IMG/VR virus record: IMGVR_UViG_3300024291_000014
Span: 1 to 32,949 of that record
Strand: one strand, 5' to 3'
Origin: a virus
Taxonomy: Duplodnaviria > Caudoviricetes
DNA: 32,949 nucleotides
In this document: one piece after another, positions 27,750 to 32,949 of the stretch
Layout of the letters: the number at the start of each line of letters is the position of its first letter
Numbering within the stretch: the first letter of the stretch is position 1
Notes under the pieces: model-generated
Seen by the model: only the letters and a program-made list of their open reading frames with translations
The model's database searches: none
Told to the model about the DNA's origin: nothing
Made by a program: the position numbers and the translations under genes

Positions 27750-29075
27750 GTGTTTTATATTTTAGAAACAGATACACAGTTAGACAGAATTAAAAGTTTA
27801 GGAAGATTAGGAGGGTATGTAGATATCATAAGTTCTAATAATAACTATCATCCTAAATTGACATCTACAGTAGCAGTTTATATAAGACCTATAAACAGTA
27901 AGCACGGATTTATACTTCCTGTAAACCACGATGAATGCCTTAATATAGATAAAGAACGTGTATCCGATATTCTTAATTCCTTTACAACACTTTATACTTT
28001 AGATAAGAAAAACTTGCTGTACCACTTTAATATACAGCATGCAACAGATGTATCTTTACTTTACTCTATGACTTTTTATGATAGATTAGATTATTCACGA
28101 GAAAATAATACACTTAATTCCTTTTATAATAAATTCTCAGATAGATCTAATATAAATCAAATTATTCCTATCTCTAAACTTTACGAATCTTGTGAAAAAG
28201 TTTACGATAGTGTAAAGAGCTATATTGATATTGAACTACCGTCTGGGTTTAATTTTTATAATAATATTGCAACTAATGTATTTTTTCTTATAGAGCAAAC
28301 TGGATTAGGTATAGAGTTAGACAATTTTATTAAAAACTTTACACCTCGTAACTCTTCATATAATATTAGTAAAGAAACTGTTTATACTTCTTATAATCTA
28401 TATAATGCTACTTCACGTCCTACTAATGCTTTCAATAGTGTAAACTTTGCTGCTATTCCTAAAGGTGAAGAATATAGAAACTGCTTTAAACCTACTAATG
28501 ATTTTTTTGTTGAGCTAGATTTTGATGGCTATCATCTTCGTTTACTTTGCGATGAAATAGATTTTAAAATACCATCTTCTTCTGCTCATAAGTATCTAGC
28601 AAAGATGTATTTTGATAAAGAAGATATTACAGAAGAAGAGTATAATAGTGCAAAACAAATTAACTTTCAAGCGATTTACGGTAAAATACCAGAAGAGCAT
28701 AAAAATTTATCTATATTTCAAAAAATACAAGAATATATCGATAACATGTGGGAATCTTTTAGTAAACTAGGTTTTGTACAGAATACATTATCTGATAAAC
28801 ACTTTACAAAAGAATTAAAAGAAATGCATCCTGCTAAATTAATGAATTATATGATGCAAAGCTTGGAAACCGCTAGAAATATTCTTATCTTGAAAGAAGT
28901 ACTCAGTTATCTAAGAGATAAAGAAACTAAAATAGCTTTATATACGTACGATGCTATTTTATTTGATTTTAGCACTAATGATGGTAAAGAGACACTTAAA
29001 GGACTTGAGAAAATAATGGAAACTAATAAGAAATACCCAATTAAATTTAAATATTCAAAAAGTTTAAATTTATAA
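27750..29075 (+). CDS. Compact family A DNA polymerase-like protein
   Basis: GTG start. TSRPTN, ELDFDGYHLRLL (motif A), AKQINFQAIYG (motif B), NYMMQ and YTYDAILFD (motif C). Confidence 0.8.
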   Translation: MFYILETDTQLDRIKSLGRLGGYVDIISSNNNYHPKLTSTVAVYIRPINSKHGFILPVNHDECLNIDKERVSDILNSFTTLYTLDKKNLLYHFNIQHATDVSLLYSMTFYDRLDYSRENNTLNSFYNKFSDRSNINQIIPISKLYESCEKVYDSVKSYIDIELPSGFNFYNNIATNVFFLIEQTGLGIELDNFIKNFTPRNSSYNISKETVYTSYNLYNATSRPTNAFNSVNFAAIPKGEEYRNCFKPTNDFFVELDFDGYHLRLLCDEIDFKIPSSSAHKYLAKMYFDKEDITEEEYNSAKQINFQAIYGKIPEEHKNLSIFQKIQEYIDNMWESFSKLGFVQNTLSDKHFTKELKEMHPAKLMNYMMQSLETARNILILKEVLSYLRDKETKIALYTYDAILFDFSTNDGKETLKGLEKIMETNKKYPIKFKYSKSLNL

Positions 29076-29086
29076 GATTAAAAAGA

Positions 29087-29094
29087 TATTTATA
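29087..29094 (+). promoter_or_regulatory. TATTTATA motif
   Basis: Exact motif in the 20-nt gap after the polymerase gene. Confidence 0.4.
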
Positions 29095-29095
29095 T

Positions 29096-29554
29096 ATGAT
29101 AGAATTAAAAGTAAAACCACGGTTTGATTACGATATCGATCCTATTTACTATAATGAAGATATGAGCAACAAACTGTTTTGTACTTTTGCAACAGAAGAA
29201 ACATTAGACTCTGTCCTAGAGGAAATTCAAGCAAGATACAAGATTATTTACAACAAAATTTTCGTACTTTACTCTAAAAGTCAAGACGAATATATCTGTA
29301 CCTACAATGTTGACTTTGGTAACGTAGGACAATTTTTAGAAAATACTATATTAGTTCACCGTAAAAAGGAATCTAATACTCTATATACTATCAATGCTTT
29401 AAATACTTTGATTAAAGAATTAAATGATGGTAAATTAGACACAACATACAGAGTAAACTGGTCTGATTTCAGAAACTGTATATTGCTAACTAAAGGCCCT
29501 GAACTTAAAAGGGTAAATACGAAACTTCATCGTATTTTAGAGTTGGAAAGTTAA
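29096..29554 (+). CDS. Hypothetical protein (alternative start ATG 29162)
   Basis: NKLFCTF, TYNVD and HRKKESNTLYTINALN segments. Lies between the polymerase and SSB genes. Function unknown. Confidence 0.65.
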   Translation: MIELKVKPRFDYDIDPIYYNEDMSNKLFCTFATEETLDSVLEEIQARYKIIYNKIFVLYSKSQDEYICTYNVDFGNVGQFLENTILVHRKKESNTLYTINALNTLIKELNDGKLDTTYRVNWSDFRNCILLTKGPELKRVNTKLHRILELES

Positions 29555-29573
29555 GATAATTTTCTTATCTTAA
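29543..29573 (+). promoter_or_regulatory. Bacteroidota-like promoter (TTGG-N19-TATCTTAA) upstream of the SSB gene
   Basis: TTGG at 29543-29546, a 19-nt spacer, TATCTTAA at 29566-29573. Confidence 0.4.
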
Positions 29574-29604
29574 TATAAATTAACGTTAAATAAAAATAAG
29601 TTAT

Positions 29605-30384
29605 ATGGATTTAAATGCTATTAAGGCTAAACTAGATGCCTTAAACACTAACGGTCAGCAGAGAGAAAAGACTGACTATTCGAAAATTTTTTGGAAACCA
29701 GAATTAGGTAAGCAAACTATTAGGATTGTTCCTTCTGCTTACGACCCTGCATTTCCTTTTAAAGAGTTAAAGTTCCATTACGGTATTGGAAAATATCCTA
29801 TGGTAGCTTTATCTAACTTCGGGAAACAAGACCCGATTGAAGAGTTTGTAAAAGAGCTTAGAAAAACTTCTGATAAAGATAACTGGTCTCTATCAGGTAA
29901 AATTAACCCTAAGACTAGAATTTTTGCTCCTGTAATAGTAAGAGGAGAAGAAGAGAAAGGTGTTAGATTATGGGGATTCGGTATCACTATCTATAAAGCA
30001 CTTTTAGCTTTAGCTGAAGATGAAGATATTGGAGACTTTACAGATGTTATTAATGGATGGGATATGGTAGTTGAGCAGTCTCAAGGTAATCCTTACCCTG
30101 AAACTAGTGTTAGAATTAAACCTAAACAAACTCCTTTGTCAGATGATAACGATCAAGTAGACTTATGGTTAAAGTCACAACCTAATCCTGTAGAAGTTCA
30201 TACTGAATACGATTATGATTTTATTAAGAAACAATTACAGAATTATCTTAACCCAGGTTCAGCGGATGATACACCAGCAACTGCAACTCCAGCAGCTCCA
30301 GCTAAATCTGACTTTACGTTAGAGACAGCTACAGCAGAGAATAAAGATACAGTTTCTAAATTTGACGACTTATTCAACGAGTAA
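29605..30384 (+). CDS. Single-stranded DNA-binding protein (T4 gp32-like)
   Basis: FWKP..G...IRIVP, PF.E..FHY, DPI.E and D..D...G.D motifs, followed by an Ala/Pro linker and an acidic tail KFDDLFNE. Confidence 0.8.
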   Translation: MDLNAIKAKLDALNTNGQQREKTDYSKIFWKPELGKQTIRIVPSAYDPAFPFKELKFHYGIGKYPMVALSNFGKQDPIEEFVKELRKTSDKDNWSLSGKINPKTRIFAPVIVRGEEEKGVRLWGFGITIYKALLALAEDEDIGDFTDVINGWDMVVEQSQGNPYPETSVRIKPKQTPLSDDNDQVDLWLKSQPNPVEVHTEYDYDFIKKQLQNYLNPGSADDTPATATPAAPAKSDFTLETATAENKDTVSKFDDLFNE

Positions 30385-31454
30385 TGGCTAAAAAGAAAGA
30401 AACTCAACAAAAAGCTACTGCTGCAGTACGTAAGTCGTTTAACCTTAGTAACTTTAAGAAGAAGAAAGGGTATTCTAATGCTTCTGTTAAATTTAAAGAG
30501 CAAGGATGGATACCTCTTTCAAAAGCTTTTCAAGATATTACTTCATTACCCGGTATACCTACTGGTCATATTACTCTACTCAGAGGACATAGTGATACAG
30601 GAAAAACAACAGCATTAATAGAAGCAGCAGTCAATGCTCAAAAATTAGGTATACTTCCTGTTTTTATTATTACTGAGATGAAATGGTCTTGGGAACATGC
30701 TAAGGAAATGGGATTACAAGTAGAAGAAGTAGTTGACGCTAACGGAGTAGTTACAGATTACGAAGGTCATTTCTTATACGCAGATAGAGGTACTTTAAAT
30801 ACTATAGAAGATGTAGCTGTTTATATAGCAGACTTAATGGATGAACAGGCAAAAGGTAATCTGCCTTTTGATATGTGTTTCTTCTGGGATAGTATAGGAT
30901 CGGTTCCTTGTGATCTTTCAGTTAGATCTAATAAGAATAACAACGAATGGAATGCTGGTGCTATGTCTACTCAGTTTGGTAATAACCTTAATCAAAAAAT
31001 ACTACTATCTAGAAAGGAGAATTCTCCTTATACTAATACTATGGTAGCTATAAATAAGGTTTGGACTATGAAACCTGAATCACCTATGGGTATGCCTAAA
31101 CTTCAAAATAAAGGAGGTATGTCGATGTGGTATGATGCAACGTTAGTTGTTACTTTTGGTAATATAACTAACCCAGGTACATCTAAAATAAAAGCTATTA
31201 AAAACGGTATGCAAGTAGAGTTTGCTAAACGTACTAACGTTCAAGTAGAAAAGAATCATATCGGAGGAGTACAGTCTAGAGGTAGAATAGTTATGACTCA
31301 ACACGGTTTTATAGAAGATGATAAAAGAGCAATCGATAAATATAAAGATGCACATAAAGAACATTGGTTGAAACTAGTAGGGTCTATAGACTTCGATTTA
31401 ATTGAAGAAGGAGACTTAGAAGAAACTCCTATAGCTCCTAATTTACTAGATTAA
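30384..31454 (+). CDS. RecA/UvsX-like recombinase
   Basis: GIPTGHITLLRGHSDTGKTT (Walker A), ITE, FFWDSIGS (Walker B), INK, GG....Y and VEKNH motifs. Confidence 0.88.
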   Translation: MAKKKETQQKATAAVRKSFNLSNFKKKKGYSNASVKFKEQGWIPLSKAFQDITSLPGIPTGHITLLRGHSDTGKTTALIEAAVNAQKLGILPVFIITEMKWSWEHAKEMGLQVEEVVDANGVVTDYEGHFLYADRGTLNTIEDVAVYIADLMDEQAKGNLPFDMCFFWDSIGSVPCDLSVRSNKNNNEWNAGAMSTQFGNNLNQKILLSRKENSPYTNTMVAINKVWTMKPESPMGMPKLQNKGGMSMWYDATLVVTFGNITNPGTSKIKAIKNGMQVEFAKRTNVQVEKNHIGGVQSRGRIVMTQHGFIEDDKRAIDKYKDAHKEHWLKLVGSIDFDLIEEGDLEETPIAPNLLD

Positions 31455-32467
31455 TGTACGACGATATTCTTAAGAACCTTAAAGAAACCCCACCACGAGC
31501 ATTGAATGATCATATCTTGATTATAGATGCTATGAATATGCTGATTCGTAGTTTTTCATTGCTCAAAGCTATGAACCCATCAGGAACCCATATCGGAGGA
31601 CTGGTGGGATTCTTGCGTTCTTTGGGGTATGTAACTAGAATATTTGATCCTACTAGAGTTGTAGTAGTATGGGATGGTAAAGGAGGATCAGCTAATAGGA
31701 AGAATATCAATCCAGATTATAAAGCTCAAAGAGCTACTTCAAGAATAACTCATTGGGGGTTATATGATACAAGAGAACAGGAACAGGAAGCATTAATAGG
31801 TCAGTTATATAGGACACAAGAGTACTTAGAATGTTTACCTATGCAACAGATGGTAATGGATAAGCTAGAGGCTGATGATATAATGGCTTATTTAGCAGTA
31901 AGAGCTGGTAATGCAGGCAAAAAAGTTACAATAGTATCATCTGATAAAGATTTTCTACAATTGGTCGATAATAATATTGAAGTATATGCACCAGTTAAGA
32001 AAAAAACTTTTACAAAAGATAATATATTTGAAGAACTAAAAGTTCTTCCAACAAACTATAATATTGTAAAAGCATTATTAGGCGATAACTCTGACAATCT
32101 ACAAGGCGTAAAAGGATTAGGCATAAAGACTATTGTTAAAGAATTTCCTAAATTGCTTACTGAAAAAACTGATTTAGATTATGTTTATAATGTTGCTGAG
32201 AGTAAATTAGAAGGTAAAAAAATATTTTCTAAAATTATACACTTTTGGGATAAAGTAGAAACGAACTTTAAGTTAATGGATCTTCATAATACAGCTTTAG
32301 ATGATAACGAAATAGAATACGTTGAAAATATACTTAAAGAACATATCCCAGATCTTCAATCTGGTGCTTTTCTTCATCTGATGGATCAAGATAAAATTGA
32401 AGGTATAACTAAAAATACAGAAGGCTGGTTAGAAAACTTTAGAGGTTTAACAGTTTTTGAAAGGTAG
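31454..32467 (+). CDS. 5'-3' exonuclease / flap endonuclease (T4 RNase H / Pol I N-terminal-like)
   Basis: IIDAMN, VWDG, YKAQR, EADDI, SSDKDFLQL and GDNSDNLQGVKGLG.KT motifs. Confidence 0.92.
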   Translation: MYDDILKNLKETPPRALNDHILIIDAMNMLIRSFSLLKAMNPSGTHIGGLVGFLRSLGYVTRIFDPTRVVVVWDGKGGSANRKNINPDYKAQRATSRITHWGLYDTREQEQEALIGQLYRTQEYLECLPMQQMVMDKLEADDIMAYLAVRAGNAGKKVTIVSSDKDFLQLVDNNIEVYAPVKKKTFTKDNIFEELKVLPTNYNIVKALLGDNSDNLQGVKGLGIKTIVKEFPKLLTEKTDLDYVYNVAESKLEGKKIFSKIIHFWDKVETNFKLMDLHNTALDDNEIEYVENILKEHIPDLQSGAFLHLMDQDKIEGITKNTEGWLENFRGLTVFER

Positions 32468-32902
32468 ATGAAAGAGTATTGGATAAATTGGTTTTTATTG
32501 AATACTTTAGCTCAAAAGTTTACATTACAAAAAAGAACACATTGTTTATATGAGTTCTGTAATATACACAAAGATAAAGTTCCTTTTCATGACGAATTTA
32601 ATCGATTTTTAGTTAATGAGATTGGAGACAGTAATTTTTATTACGACGTCTACCATATTCATAAATGGAAAAAAGGTAATTTCTTTGATCAACATACTGA
32701 TAATAGAGCTAATAGAAGATTTGCTTACGTTCATGAACTAAAAGAGTCTGAATGTAAAACGAAACTTTTAGTTAAAGGTGAACCTAGAGATTTTGGCTTG
32801 TTTGACGTACATACATTACATAGAGTTCCAGTAATAAAAAGCGGTGAAAGAATATCTCTTACAGTATTTGGTAAGAATAAAAAAGAAAAAGTAATAATAT
32901 GA
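32468..32902 (+). CDS. 2OG-Fe(II) oxygenase-like protein
   Basis: F..HTD...H.V..I.SG.R.SL, i.e. the HxD...H triad plus the RxS motif. Confidence 0.75.
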   Translation: MKEYWINWFLLNTLAQKFTLQKRTHCLYEFCNIHKDKVPFHDEFNRFLVNEIGDSNFYYDVYHIHKWKKGNFFDQHTDNRANRRFAYVHELKESECKTKLLVKGEPRDFGLFDVHTLHRVPVIKSGERISLTVFGKNKKEKVII

Positions 32903-32949
32903 AAGGAGTTATAGCAGGAAATTTCGACGTTATTCATCCAGGTTACATT
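32899..32949 (+). CDS. TagD-like cytidylyltransferase, 3'-truncated by the window edge
   Basis: ATG at 32899 overlaps the upstream TGA. Translates MKGVIAGNFDVIHPGYI, a G.FD..H.G signature. Only 17 codons are visible. Confidence 0.65.
   Translation, partial: MKGVIAGNFDVIHPGYI

Noticed and set aside
14053-32470. TAG stops in frame with the next gene (14053-14055 then ATG 14059; 32465-32467 then ATG 32468), suggesting amber recoding or read-through
   Set aside because: Long genes are intact under the standard code, each downstream gene has its own ATG and complete domain, and two cases can easily arise by chance.
3561-32937. Short minus-strand ORFs in the ORF track
   Set aside because: All lie antisense to well-supported + strand genes and show no motifs, consistent with shadow ORFs.
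1-32949. CRISPR array, tRNA, rRNA, intron, intein or IS element
   Set aside because: The largest intergenic gap is about 105 nt, no regular repeats or tRNA-like sequence were seen by eye, and the conserved enzymes appear uninterrupted. A tRNAscan/Infernal run would be needed to be certain.

Overview
AT-rich, gene-dense segment of a large contractile-tailed dsDNA phage (myovirus-like, distantly T4-related), with every credible gene on the + strand. It has three blocks. (1) Positions 1-16145 form a tightly coupled cluster of about 20 glycan biosynthesis/modification-type genes: glycosyltransferase-like proteins, three SGNH-like proteins, a sulfotransferase, a cytidylyltransferase-HAD fusion, an NTP-transferase, a HAD phosphatase, a radical SAM/SPASM enzyme, a PLP enzyme, a GDPD-like protein and three ParB/Srx-like proteins. 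(2) Positions 16538-27713 are a tail module: sheath, tube, two inserted genes, an assembly chaperone with a candidate +1 frameshift extension, tape measure and baseplate genes. (3) Positions 27750-32949 are replication/recombination genes: a compact family A polymerase that seems to lack most of the thumb, a gp32-like SSB, a RecA/UvsX-like protein, a 5'-3' exonuclease, a 2OG-Fe(II) oxygenase and a truncated cytidylyltransferase. A TATTTATA motif sits in almost every intergenic gap of the tail block. TTTG-N19-TAnnTT motifs and the lack of Shine-Dalgarno sites suggest a Bacteroidota host. All protein calls come from motif recognition by eye, and no database search was run.
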